Shown: piece after piece, positions 29,448 to 38,631 of the stretch
Layout: each line of letters opens with the position of its first letter
How positions within the stretch are numbered: the stretch's first letter is position 1
Source: Verrucomicrobiota bacterium
GTDB lineage: Bacteria > Verrucomicrobiota > Verrucomicrobiia > Limisphaerales > JBEHZA01
DNA length: 64,000 nt
Assembly: GCA_048497895.1 (NCBI GenBank)
Contig: JBEHZA010000001.1
Span: 3,312 to 67,311, forward strand
Reading direction: 5' to 3'
Translations under genes and position numbers: made by a program
Notes under the pieces: generated by a model
What the model saw: only the letters and a program-made list of their open reading frames with translations
Databases searched by the model: none
Told to the model about the DNA's origin: nothing

Positions 29448-30455
29448 TTACACCGAAGGCAATTTGGCACGATATTCCGTGGGTGATTGGCCGACAATTT
29501 TCTTGAACACACGATTAAAGTGCGTCAACGACTGAAAACCCACTTCGAAGGCGATTTCGCTGATGCGCAGGTTGGGGTTCAGCAATAGGTTCTTCGCCTT
29601 TTCAATCCGCACCCGCGAAACATAGTCGGTGAAGTTGATGCCGGTTACTTTCTTGAACATTTTGCAGAAGTAAAATGTGCTCGTATTGACCGCTTTGGCA
29701 ACCTGCCCAAGCGAGAGTTCTTCAGCCTGATGTTCTTGAATGTATTGTTTGGCACGAGTGATGACAGGCGGTTCCGCGTTGTCCCGTTGTACGACGATTT
29801 GATTACTGATCATAGAAAGATGTTGGGCGAAAATATTCAGCAGGTTTACGACCGCATCATACTGACGGGTCGTCAGCACGTGGGTGTTGAAATACGCTTC
29901 ACGTAACTGGGCGGCGTCGACTGGCAAACCCCAATCGGCGATTTGTTGGGCGGCGCGTTCAAATTGCGCTTCCGTGGGGCGTTTACGGAAAACCTGCCCC
30001 GTTTGCAGATAGGCCACGACTTGATCGCCCTGCCGGATCGGCACGGCGGTATCGCACAAACCCAGGGTGCAAGTAACCGTTTGCGGTTCTTGCGTGGCGG
30101 TTTCGCTTAGTTGCTGCTGGACGCGCAGACAAGCGGCGCAGGACCGGCTCTTCTCTGCCATCAAGGCGCAAAAGGGGCTTTCGTTCTTATGCCCGTGATG
30201 AGGCAATTGCCAGGATTCCACAGGCCGCAAGCTCACCGGCATGCCGGTCGTCTCATTGAAGGCGCGTTCGTAATCCCGGTAAATCTGGGAATTGACCAAC
30301 GCCTCAATGATGCCCTTGTGGTGCTGAGAACCGTTCGCCGGCGCCGTTCGCGTCGCTGGGGCTGCCAGCGCCGCGATGCGGGCGATGCGCGAAACATTCG
30401 CACTGTTAACTTCTGTTTTATTCTGCCCGGTGGCGCTCGCATAAATTGTTTGCAT
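29448..30455 (-). CDS. AraC-family transcriptional regulator with an N-terminal PocR-like sensor domain
   Basis: The C-terminal double HTH is present (LSLGQVAKAVNTSTFYFCKMFKK; ISEIAFEVGFQSLTHFNRVFKK). The Cys-rich N-terminal region resembles PocR. Confidence 0.7.
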   Translation of the reverse strand: MQTIYASATGQNKTEVNSANVSRIARIAALAAPATRTAPANGSQHHKGIIEALVNSQIYRDYERAFNETTGMPVSLRPVESWQLPHHGHKNESPFCALMAEKSRSCAACLRVQQQLSETATQEPQTVTCTLGLCDTAVPIRQGDQVVAYLQTGQVFRKRPTEAQFERAAQQIADWGLPVDAAQLREAYFNTHVLTTRQYDAVVNLLNIFAQHLSMISNQIVVQRDNAEPPVITRAKQYIQEHQAEELSLGQVAKAVNTSTFYFCKMFKKVTGINFTDYVSRVRIEKAKNLLLNPNLRISEIAFEVGFQSLTHFNRVFKKIVGQSPTEYRAKLPSV

Positions 30456-30570
30456 GCCAGCAAAATAGGCGAAGCTGACGTGCGCAACAATTGGGCCACT
30501 TCCCATTCGTGAATGGCGGCAAATAACTAGACCCCCTAAGGGAATCCCTTAGCGCCCATTCTCCACGGAA

Positions 30571-31035
30571 TTACTGCAAGCCTTCCGCTTTCAATAAGCG
30601 TGCCCGCGTGACTTGCAAACGCTCAATGACTACTTCCGACACACGCTTCATCAATTCATAACCAAAGTGGTGATTCGTTTCACACTCCTCGCGCAAACGC
30701 GTGCCATAAAAGAAAATCGCGCTTGCCGGTTCGACGACGCGGGCATCGAAATGCCAATAATACGGCGCAAACAACCAGGACCAGCCGAGCACTTCGCCCG
30801 CGCCTAATTCCTGGATCAATAACAAGCCTCCATCCTTGGCATGTGATTCCAAAACCACCTTGCCGGATTGAATCAAATAAAAGCGATTGGCCATTTCCCC
30901 TTCCTGAAAAATCAATTGGCCGCTGTTGAATTCGACCGCCATGGCGCAACTGGCCAGGATCTTGAGATAGCCGGGGTCGATGCCTTTGAAGAAAGGGTGC
31001 TCTGCAAGGATTGCTTCGAGATTTTGCATATTCAT
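30571..31035 (-). CDS. Stand-alone cyclic-nucleotide-binding (cNMP/Crp-like beta-barrel) domain protein
   Basis: FQEGEMANRFYLIQSGKVVLE...LGAGEVLGWSW. There is no HTH because the protein ends after the C-helix. Confidence 0.75.
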   Translation of the reverse strand: MNMQNLEAILAEHPFFKGIDPGYLKILASCAMAVEFNSGQLIFQEGEMANRFYLIQSGKVVLESHAKDGGLLLIQELGAGEVLGWSWLFAPYYWHFDARVVEPASAIFFYGTRLREECETNHHFGYELMKRVSEVVIERLQVTRARLLKAEGLQ

Positions 31036-31173
31036 TTTCTCCCGCCCGTCATGGCCACGTGGATTTTCATTTGGTTCTGTTTCAGCCTAATCGCCACTCC
31101 GTCTGCCAGCTTCCTCCAATTTGGCCGTCAATCAACCTTTATTGCTCAGGCATCGGGACAATTCGCAAAAACA

Positions 31174-31183
31174 GGTGATCACC
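31174..31183. promoter_or_regulatory. Perfect 10-nt palindrome in the divergent intergenic region
   Basis: ggtgatcacc, about 85 nt upstream of the ATG at 31269. It is a candidate operator only. Confidence 0.2.
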
Positions 31184-31268
31184 CCACAAATTACGGGTGG
31201 CTCTCTCCCCTGAGCCGGACGATATTGTGGTGCTCTTAATCTGGAGAGCCAACGCAATCAATGGCGTC

Positions 31269-32714
31269 ATGAAAGCCTATTATGAACATTCCCAAGTGCG
31301 ATCGCGCATGCTCGAATATCTCGGCGGCGATTCCGCCCGCAAACTGACGGCGCAGTTCATCACCGCTGGCGATATCGCCGCCTCGCATCACCGGGAACCG
31401 CATCCGCTGAGTGAATTGCCGGTGTTTTGGCAGCAGGGTTCTGATATCGGCCGCTCGCTTTGGGATCGTCAATCGCTCCTCGTCCATCTGGACATCGAAT
31501 ACGTTAATTTTGACTATCCGGCAGAGCCATATCTGGAACCCGAACGCATCTTTGAACTGCAACGTCCGATCGAGTGGGCCGTCGAAGGCTTGCTCCTGGA
31601 TCATCAGATTCGTCCGCTCCACCTGCTGAGCGGACGCGGCCATCACTTTGTCTGGCGCGTGCGCCAGAATTCCCGCGTGTTCCAGCAATTGATCCAGCTT
31701 GGACGGCAACCGAAAGAGCTGCCCGAATTTAACGCGCAACCTCACGCCCCTCATAATCAAGCCGTCTCGGCCGACCTGGGAGCAGCCTTCGCTGGTCTCG
31801 GATTGGTGATGGAGTTTTTCGCGCATCAACTCAAAGTGGATGCCACCCCCATGTGCAAAATCCCCATTGCCCTAACTGCCGTGGAAGTTCCCCCGTCCAA
31901 TTTCGGCCGTGAGCTGATCTCTCTCGATATTTCTGAATATGGCGATCCCTTGAGTTCGCGCACGATTCGTGTGCCGTTCAGTTATTATCTTAAACCGTGG
32001 CAGCAACGCGGCCTGCTGGGCGAAAGCACCGTGGAAAATCTGCTGCCCACATTTCTGATTCCGTTGCAAGGTCTGGATTCCTCGCACGGCAGCCGGGTGA
32101 TGCACGATCAGGACAGTGTGCTGGCGCTTGCGGAACACGCCACCGCGAAAATACCCGATCAATCCAAAGCTATGGAGAACCTCGTTCAGACTTACAAGCG
32201 TTCGCCGCTGGCACAGTTTCACCACTGGTATTTTTCGCAGGAACATCATCCGCCGGAAACATGGCCGGAGAATTATGATCGCACGCCTCTGGAGGCCCTG
32301 CCCGCTTGTGCCCGCTACATCCTGGAACATCCCAATGATCTCCTGTTGAAACCCTCCGGCATTGAGCGCATCGTTCGGGTCATGCTTGCGCTGGGCTGGC
32401 ATCCGCGCCATATCGCCGGCCTGATCCGCTCCCGTTTTGAACGCGATTATCAGTGGGGCGATCAATGGCAAGGTTACGTTCCCGCCATGCGCGCCGATTT
32501 TTACACCCGCATTTTCTCCGGCCTGATCGTCACCGGCCTGGATGACTTGCAGGACTTCACCTGCGCCACCGCACAAATGGAGAAAATGTGCTTTCATCCG
32601 GATTGTCCGGACAATTTGGCTTCATTCCGAAACTCATTATTAGAAAGGAAACGTTATGAGCGACTGGCCTGTCGGCCTTTCAACCGGCTGTTTTTATCAG
32701 CGGAACATTCTTGA
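31269..32714 (+). CDS. Hypothetical protein with archaeo-eukaryotic primase (AEP/PrimPol)-like catalytic motifs
   Basis: From the ATG at 31269: LLVHLDIEY (DxE, motif I), LLSGRGHHFVW (sGxGxH, motif II) and ISLDISEYGDPLSSRTIRVPFSYYLK (D ... RhPxS..K, motif III). The C-terminal half has Cys347 plus a CX8CX4C group at 432/441/446. Motifs were read by eye. Confidence 0.5.
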   Translation: MKAYYEHSQVRSRMLEYLGGDSARKLTAQFITAGDIAASHHREPHPLSELPVFWQQGSDIGRSLWDRQSLLVHLDIEYVNFDYPAEPYLEPERIFELQRPIEWAVEGLLLDHQIRPLHLLSGRGHHFVWRVRQNSRVFQQLIQLGRQPKELPEFNAQPHAPHNQAVSADLGAAFAGLGLVMEFFAHQLKVDATPMCKIPIALTAVEVPPSNFGRELISLDISEYGDPLSSRTIRVPFSYYLKPWQQRGLLGESTVENLLPTFLIPLQGLDSSHGSRVMHDQDSVLALAEHATAKIPDQSKAMENLVQTYKRSPLAQFHHWYFSQEHHPPETWPENYDRTPLEALPACARYILEHPNDLLLKPSGIERIVRVMLALGWHPRHIAGLIRSRFERDYQWGDQWQGYVPAMRADFYTRIFSGLIVTGLDDLQDFTCATAQMEKMCFHPDCPDNLASFRNSLLERKRYERLACRPFNRLFLSAEHS

Positions 32715-33540
32715 TTCACTCGAGCTGATCCGGCGCGGCGGATTCGATATGGTCGAAGTCTGCTCTTTTCCGGCGCACCTGGATTATCACGACAAAGCCG
32801 CCGTGCAACGCGCCGCTCAGCGAATCGAGGAATTGGGCATGGAAGCGTATTCTTTCCATGCGCCGTTTGCCGATCACATCGATATTACCTCGTTGTATCC
32901 GGATCAGCGCAGTCTCGCGACGAACGAAATTCTCCAGGCGGCGGAAGCTGCGGCCTTGCTCCAGGTGCGTTACTTCGTCATTCATCCGGGACCGGAACAT
33001 GCCACTCTGCCGCCCGGCCATGAACGTTATCAGCGGATGGAGAACGCGGTCAGTGTCCTGAATCAGGTGGCCCGTCGCTGCCAGGAACTTGGAGTAGTCT
33101 GCGTGCTGGAAAATAAACTGCCACATCTGTTGTTCGGCACCACCAGCGACATCCTCTGGATCATGGGCGCCATGAATACCATTGAAATCGGCACCTGTCT
33201 GGACACCGGCCACGCCTATCTCTCCGGAGACATCTACAACGTCATGCACAAACTCTCGGCCCACTTACAGATGCTTCACGCCAACGACAACCTCGGCACT
33301 TACGACGACCACAAGCCGCCCGGCCTCGGTAATATTGATTGGTTTAAACTGCTCGCAGAACTTTCGGAAACCGGCTTTCACGGCGGGTTGATTCTGGAAC
33401 TCGCAGGTAATCAGGACGCTGAACTGGTCCTTGCCGAAGCCCGTCGCGCGCGCCGCTTTTTGCGCGATATTTCGCGGCGTCTCAGCCTCTCCAGCCCGCC
33501 GACAGTTAATGTGCCTCACCGGCCTGTGCCGCCGGGCTGA
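32656..33540 (+). CDS. Xylose-isomerase-like TIM-barrel protein (sugar phosphate isomerase/epimerase; AP endonuclease 2 superfamily)
   Basis: N-terminal GLSTGCF, FHAPF, YFVIHPG, LENK and DTGH blocks. Its start overlaps the upstream gene by 59 nt. Confidence 0.75.
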   Translation: MSDWPVGLSTGCFYQRNILDSLELIRRGGFDMVEVCSFPAHLDYHDKAAVQRAAQRIEELGMEAYSFHAPFADHIDITSLYPDQRSLATNEILQAAEAAALLQVRYFVIHPGPEHATLPPGHERYQRMENAVSVLNQVARRCQELGVVCVLENKLPHLLFGTTSDILWIMGAMNTIEIGTCLDTGHAYLSGDIYNVMHKLSAHLQMLHANDNLGTYDDHKPPGLGNIDWFKLLAELSETGFHGGLILELAGNQDAELVLAEARRARRFLRDISRRLSLSSPPTVNVPHRPVPPG

Positions 33541-33563
33541 ACTTTAAAAACTTATTTCAAAGA

Positions 33564-35258
33564 TCACATCTTGCCGTGACGCAAAATGGAAATCAGCAGC
33601 CCGAACCCCATCAAGGCCGCAATGATATAACCGATCAATCCGATCACCGGCACGTCATGCCATTTTGGCGGAATGCCCGAGTGAATAATCAGGGACGACC
33701 CGATAATCAATGACGCCAGCACGATGGAAAAAGATAAGCGGTTGCTGATCCGTTCGCCGGATGTAATCAACGGCCCCAGCCCTTCGTGCCGGAACACCAT
33801 GCGCGCTTCTCCTGTTTTGATCTGTGAAAAAATCCGCCGCAATTCCGCCGGCAATTCCCGCGCCATCTCGGAAAAATCCATTCCGAATTCATACAACCCT
33901 TCCAGCAAACGCTTCGGCTTGACCCGTTGCATCCGCGCCCGCCGCATGAAAGGAATCGTCTGCTCAATCACATCGTGCTCCGGATACAAGCGGCGCACCA
34001 GGCTCTCCGTCAAACTCATTGCCTTGAGCATCACCAGAAAATCAGGCGGAATGCGCAGCCCGTAGCGCGACGTCAAATGGAAGAGCTGGCCAATGAGCTT
34101 GCCGAATTCCACATCCTTCATCGGTCGGTAAAAATGCTGGTGCATGAAGTCCGCTACATCCGCCTCCATGCCGTGCCGCGGCGGATCGCTATCGGCTGAA
34201 GCCAGTTTCAGCAAGGCGTTCGTCACACTGATTTCATTCCGGCGCGAAATGCCCCACACCAGGTCGGCAAATCCCTCCCGCCCGCGCTGATCGAAGAAAC
34301 CCATCATGCCGAAATCCAGGAAACAGATCACCTGATTCGGCAGAATATGGATGTTGGCTGGATGCGGGTCAGCATGGAAAAATCCATATTCAAAAATCTG
34401 TTTCATCACCAGATCGGCAATCCGTTCCGCCACGATCTTCCGCTCCGCTTTCGTGAGATTGGATTCCTCCAGCTTCGACGCCTTGATGCCGTCGATATAT
34501 TCCATCACCAGCACCCGCTCCGTCGTGTAGGCATGATACAGCTTCGGAATATAAATCGTCTTCTCCTGGGCAAATTGCCAGGCGAACCGTTCCAGATGCG
34601 CCGCTTCCACTCGGAAATCGATCTCCTTATAAAGGCTCTTGCTGATCTCCGCCACGATCGCCGTTGGCCGGTGCAACCGCCAGCTTTCCACGTGATTTTC
34701 GATCAACTGCGCCAGATGGTGCATGATCTCCAGGTCCACCTTCACCAACTCCTGAATGCCCGGCCGCTGCACCTTGAGCACCACATCTTCCCCCGTCAGC
34801 AAACGCGCCCGGTAAACCTGCGCCATCGACGCCGACCCGAGTGGGATCTGATCCACCGTCTCAAATAATTCCTCCAGTGGCTTCTTCAGTTCCTTTTCGA
34901 TAATCGCCCGTGCCTCCTCGAACGAAAATGGCGCCACCTGATCCTGCAACTTGGCCAATTCTTTCGTGAACGCCTCCGGCAATAAATCCGCGCGGGTCGA
35001 AAAAATCTGCCCCATCTTCACAAACGTCGGGCCTAATTCCTCGCATGCCAGCCGCAACTTCTCCGGTTGCGTCAGGTGGGCAATCCGCTCCTGTTCTTCC
35101 CGCAACCGCCGCGAAGTCAGGTTCAGCAACCAGCCCGGCAAATGCAGTCGCTGGACGATATCCTCATAGCCGTACTTCAGGAATACCCGGAGAATCCCGC
35201 TGAAACGCTGGAGATGTTTATAGGTGCGCCCTATGTTTTCCAAACGTCGAATGAACAT
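33564..35258 (-). CDS. ABC1/UbiB-family atypical kinase with C-terminal TM segments
   Basis: LGPTFVKMGQIFSTRADLLP, ASMAQVYRA, HADPHPANI, LDFGMMG and a hydrophobic C-terminus. Confidence 0.85.
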   Translation of the reverse strand: MFIRRLENIGRTYKHLQRFSGILRVFLKYGYEDIVQRLHLPGWLLNLTSRRLREEQERIAHLTQPEKLRLACEELGPTFVKMGQIFSTRADLLPEAFTKELAKLQDQVAPFSFEEARAIIEKELKKPLEELFETVDQIPLGSASMAQVYRARLLTGEDVVLKVQRPGIQELVKVDLEIMHHLAQLIENHVESWRLHRPTAIVAEISKSLYKEIDFRVEAAHLERFAWQFAQEKTIYIPKLYHAYTTERVLVMEYIDGIKASKLEESNLTKAERKIVAERIADLVMKQIFEYGFFHADPHPANIHILPNQVICFLDFGMMGFFDQRGREGFADLVWGISRRNEISVTNALLKLASADSDPPRHGMEADVADFMHQHFYRPMKDVEFGKLIGQLFHLTSRYGLRIPPDFLVMLKAMSLTESLVRRLYPEHDVIEQTIPFMRRARMQRVKPKRLLEGLYEFGMDFSEMARELPAELRRIFSQIKTGEARMVFRHEGLGPLITSGERISNRLSFSIVLASLIIGSSLIIHSGIPPKWHDVPVIGLIGYIIAALMGFGLLISILRHGKM

Positions 35259-35371
35259 AAGTCACCTCAAGTTAACCCGCTCCTCAATAACTGCAACCTC
35301 TTGATTTACAATTTTGGACATGGATTAAGGTGTCATGCGGAAATGGCTCTCCGCTGCCCTGAGCCTGGCCA

Positions 35372-36241
35372 TTAATCGACCTGCACTTCCTTGAATTGTG
35401 CCACTGGACTGGCGGCCACCGGTTCACTCTGCGCTGAACGCGCTTTGAGCGCATCGAACTCAGCTTCGTAATTCTTGTGATTGGTCCCCATCAATTGATC
35501 CCAGATATTGAAGTAGAGCCCATAGTTGCAATGCACCTGCCGGTGGTGCATATCGTGGTGCAGCGTCGTATTGTACCAGCGCAACACCGGCCTGTGCACA
35601 AAACCCGCCGGCATCAGTTCAAAACCGGAATGCCCCAGCGCATTCATCCCCGTCATGTAGAGCAGCCAGATTAACGCTGCCAGCGGATGCAGCGGCATGA
35701 ACACCGCCACTAAAGGGAACACCCCCGCCTGCACAAAAGCCTCAATCGGATGAAACGAAAACGCCGCCCATGGGGTTGGTGTATGACTTAAATGATGAAT
35801 CCGGTGCACCAGCGGAAACAACGGCTTCCAGTGCATTAACCGGTGCGTCCAATAAAAATACGTGTCATGCGCCAGAATCAGAACCACGACACTAAAAGCC
35901 AAGTATCCCCAACCCCGGCTTTTGAAATCACCATAAATATGCAGCCAGCCATGCCGATGAAGCAGAAACACCCCGACTCCCACCAGCGCGAAAATCGCCA
36001 TCGAACATAAGCTATAAAGCACTTCCCTCCGCATATCGTTGCGGGACGCCTCTGCTTTCTGAATCTTGAACGGGCGCATCGCCTGCCGCCGCCAGACGTA
36101 GAACAATAGAAACACCCCGCCCGCAATCAAAAGGTAACGGAGCAGATTCGCCACGTAATCCGCCGCGAAAATCTTCGCCAGCAACTCCATGGAAATCGGT
36201 TTTTTCATCAGAAAAGCTCTAAATTCAGGTGTTTGTTTCAA
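35372..36241 (-). CDS. Fatty acid hydroxylase / sterol desaturase superfamily membrane protein
   Basis: Histidine boxes HDTYFYWTHRLMH, HRIHHLSH and HHDMHHRQ. Confidence 0.8.
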   Translation of the reverse strand: MKQTPEFRAFLMKKPISMELLAKIFAADYVANLLRYLLIAGGVFLLFYVWRRQAMRPFKIQKAEASRNDMRREVLYSLCSMAIFALVGVGVFLLHRHGWLHIYGDFKSRGWGYLAFSVVVLILAHDTYFYWTHRLMHWKPLFPLVHRIHHLSHTPTPWAAFSFHPIEAFVQAGVFPLVAVFMPLHPLAALIWLLYMTGMNALGHSGFELMPAGFVHRPVLRWYNTTLHHDMHHRQVHCNYGLYFNIWDQLMGTNHKNYEAEFDALKARSAQSEPVAASPVAQFKEVQVD

Positions 36242-36331
36242 TCACACGTTTACCAGCCCCCCTCCCACCTGTAAAGCCACCATACAAAGCCATACACCCC
36301 GGTAATTTCCCATTCCGCACTCTGCAATCCG

Positions 36332-36376
36332 CCTTCCGCACTTAATTTATGCCGGAATAGCCCGGAATAAGCCAGA
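36332..36376. repeat. 45-nt direct repeat, copy A
   Basis: ccttccgcacttaatttatgccggaatagcccggaataagccaga matches 36600..36644 at 40 of 45 positions. Confidence 0.85.
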
Positions 36377-36599
36377 CACTCCTCTCCCTCGGAGCGCGGA
36401 CCGCCGAGTCCGCGTATCCCCGTGGCACCTCCACCATTCCGATCGATTTCCCGTCATTTTCGACCATTCCCCATTCACGCTGCATCAACCAAATCATCAT
36501 CGTCACCTCATTGTTCCTATCCATCCTCTAAGCCCTATTTTCCATCATCTCAGGTTCTATGCGTAAGCACCTTTCGCTGCCGTCCATTTCTTAATTCTT

Positions 36600-36644
36600 C
36601 CTTCTGCATTTAATTTATCCCTGAATAGCCCTGAATAAGCCAGA
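36600..36644. repeat. 45-nt direct repeat, copy B
   Basis: ccttctgcatttaatttatccctgaatagccctgaataagccaga. Confidence 0.85.
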
Positions 36645-36772
36645 ATACCCCTGACAAGACGCCCGGCCGCGACCATTTTGCTTTCGCCTCCTCATCCGGT
36701 TCCTCTCTTGGGAGGGGTTAGGGGTGGGTTCTCCACCCGTGTTAATCCATCCATGGTTTAATCGGTTTTTCT

Positions 36773-36804
36773 TTTCGCGTATTCTGTGTCTTCCGCGGTT
36801 CAAC
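36773..36804. repeat. Solo degenerate copy of the right arm of the GxxExxY-cassette inverted repeat
   Basis: tttcgcgtattctgtgtcttccgcggttcaac matches 14269..14300 at 26 of 32 positions in the same orientation. No adjacent GxxExxY ORF. Confidence 0.6.
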
Positions 36805-36830
36805 GTCCCTTTCGGTTTCGTTATTAGGCA

Positions 36831-36870
36831 TTCTTTCGGATTTCGTCATTCGGGCCTTCGTCATTTCCCC
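36831..36870. repeat. About 40-nt direct repeat, copy 1 (ttctttcggatttcgtcattcg...ttcgtcatt)
   Basis: The first 22 nt are identical to 37151..37172, and the following ttcgtcatt block is shared. Confidence 0.8.
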
Positions 36871-37110
36871 TCCCGTACACACCAAAGCCCCGCCGGCCTA
36901 ACCCTCCAGCGCTCCAAATATTAAATCACACCCACGCCCCCTTGTATTTCCCACCGTGGTAAATTATCGCAAATAATTTAATAAAAACATCACCCCTCCC
37001 CCAGCGTACCAGCACAGTCCTTTCATTAACACCGCGCTTCAGCCCAGTGCCCTCGCGCTCACCCGCCCGGCTGTTTCAACAGCTTCCTCCCTATTTTCCC
37101 CATCCGTGTC

Positions 37111-37130
37111 TATCTGTGTGAATCCGTGGT
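37111..37130. repeat. 20-nt repeat tatctgtgtgaatccgtggt, copy 1
   Basis: Identical 20-mer at 53127..53146. Both copies are preceded by a (t)tcccatccgt-like block. Confidence 0.85.
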
Positions 37131-37150
37131 AAAAAACCCTCCCCTCGGGT

Positions 37151-37189
37151 TTCTTTCGGATTTCGTCATTCGTCAATTCGTCATTCCCC
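37151..37189. repeat. About 40-nt direct repeat, copy 2, abutting the DUF1501 stop codon
   Basis: ttctttcggatttcgtcattcgtcaattcgtcattcccc. Confidence 0.8.
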
Positions 37190-38631
37190 TACGCCAACAC
37201 CTCCTTCAGCACCTGCCCATACACATCCGTCAGCCTGAAATCTCTTCCCCCAAATCGATACGTCAACCGTTCATGATCCAGCCCCATCTGATGCAGCAAC
37301 GTCGCGTATAAATCGTACACCGTCGTTACATTCTCCACCGCATGATATCCCAAATCATCCGTCGCTCCGTAAACCGTTCCTCCTTTAAAACCGCCCCCCG
37401 CCAGCCACACACTGAACCCAAACGGATTGTGGTCCCGCCCGTCGCTCCCCTGCGAAAACGGCGTCCGGCCAAACTCGCCCGTGAACAACACAATCGTGTG
37501 CTCCAGCAAACCCCGGCTCTTCAAATCTTTCAGCAACGCCGCAATCGGCTGATCCACCTGATACGCCATCGCCCCGTGCCCCTTTTGCAATTGCCCATGC
37601 TGATCCCACGGATTCGGCGGATTGCCCGCGCCGATATTCGCCGAGAGACAGCTCAGTTCCACGAACCGCACCCCGCGCTCCACCAACCGCCGCGCCATCA
37701 GGCATTGCCGCGCGTAGGCCGCCATCTCCTTGTGCGGCGCATCGATTCCGTAAAGTTTCTTCGTCGCCTCGCTCTCCCCGCTGATATCGCACAACTCCGG
37801 CACCGCAGTCTGCATCCGGTACGCCGTCTCGTAATTGTGAATTGCTGCGTCAATCTGCGGCTCCTGCGTCGTCGTCAGATATTTCTCGTCAAACTCATTG
37901 ATGAAACTTAGCCGGCGTCGCTGCAACCCATCGCTCTCCCGCGGGCGAATATTCGCCAATGCAGATTCGCCATCCACCTTGAGAATCGATGCCTGATTCT
38001 GCGCCGGCAAATAACCGTTGCTGTACAGCCCCACCCCGCCATGCGGCACACTCGCCGCCCCGCTCTGTAACACCACGAACCCTGGTAAATCCTGATTCTC
38101 CGTCCCCAGCCCGTAACTCACCCACGCCCCTGCGCTCGGATGTCCCATGAAGGGAAACCCAGTGTGCATGAAATAATTCCCCTGCGCATGCTCGTTCACC
38201 TTGCTGGTCATCGACCGGATAATCGTCAAATCATCCGCGCAACTTGCGATGTTCGGAAACAACTCGCTCATCTCCAACCCGCTTTGCCCGCGCTTCTTGA
38301 ACTCCCACGGGCTGGCCATAATGTTCCCGTTGTTATTGAACATCGTCCGATGCACCGGCACCGGCATCGGCTGCCCATGATCCCGCGTCAATCGCGGCTT
38401 CGGATCAAACGAATCCACGTGCGAAACCCCGCCGGACATATAACAAAAAATGACATTCTTCGCCCGCGGCGGAAAATGCGGCTGCGGCAGTATCCCCGCC
38501 ACCGGTGCCGACACTGCCCCATACGCGCGCTCCGACAACAACCCGCTCAGCGCGAGCGAACCAAATCCCAGTGAACAACGCCGCAACATCTCGCGGCGAG
38601 AGAACGGCCTGTGAATTAAGGGAGTTTTCAT
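37189..38631 (-). CDS. DUF1501 domain protein (sulfatase/alkaline-phosphatase-like fold) with a Tat-type signal
   Basis: The N-terminal [18 protein letters not shown] is Tat-like. DUF1501-type blocks are present ([25 protein letters not shown]). Its start overlaps the upstream stop by 4 nt. Confidence 0.8.
   Translation of the reverse strand: MKTPLIHRPFSRREMLRRCSLGFGSLALSGLLSERAYGAVSAPVAGILPQPHFPPRAKNVIFCYMSGGVSHVDSFDPKPRLTRDHGQPMPVPVHRTMFNNNGNIMASPWEFKKRGQSGLEMSELFPNIASCADDLTIIRSMTSKVNEHAQGNYFMHTGFPFMGHPSAGAWVSYGLGTENQDLPGFVVLQSGAASVPHGGVGLYSNGYLPAQNQASILKVDGESALANIRPRESDGLQRRRLSFINEFDEKYLTTTQEPQIDAAIHNYETAYRMQTAVPELCDISGESEATKKLYGIDAPHKEMAAYARQCLMARRLVERGVRFVELSCLSANIGAGNPPNPWDQHGQLQKGHGAMAYQVDQPIAALLKDLKSRGLLEHTIVLFTGEFGRTPFSQGSDGRDHNPFGFSVWLAGGGFKGGTVYGATDDLGYHAVENVTTVYDLYATLLHQMGLDHERLTYRFGGRDFRLTDVYGQVLKEVLA

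Noticed and set aside
36332-37189. Possible CRISPR array suggested by the recurring short repeats
   Set aside because: The repeats belong to several different families, each present only twice, with irregular spacing of about 220-280 nt. Repeat identity is imperfect, and no cas genes are present.
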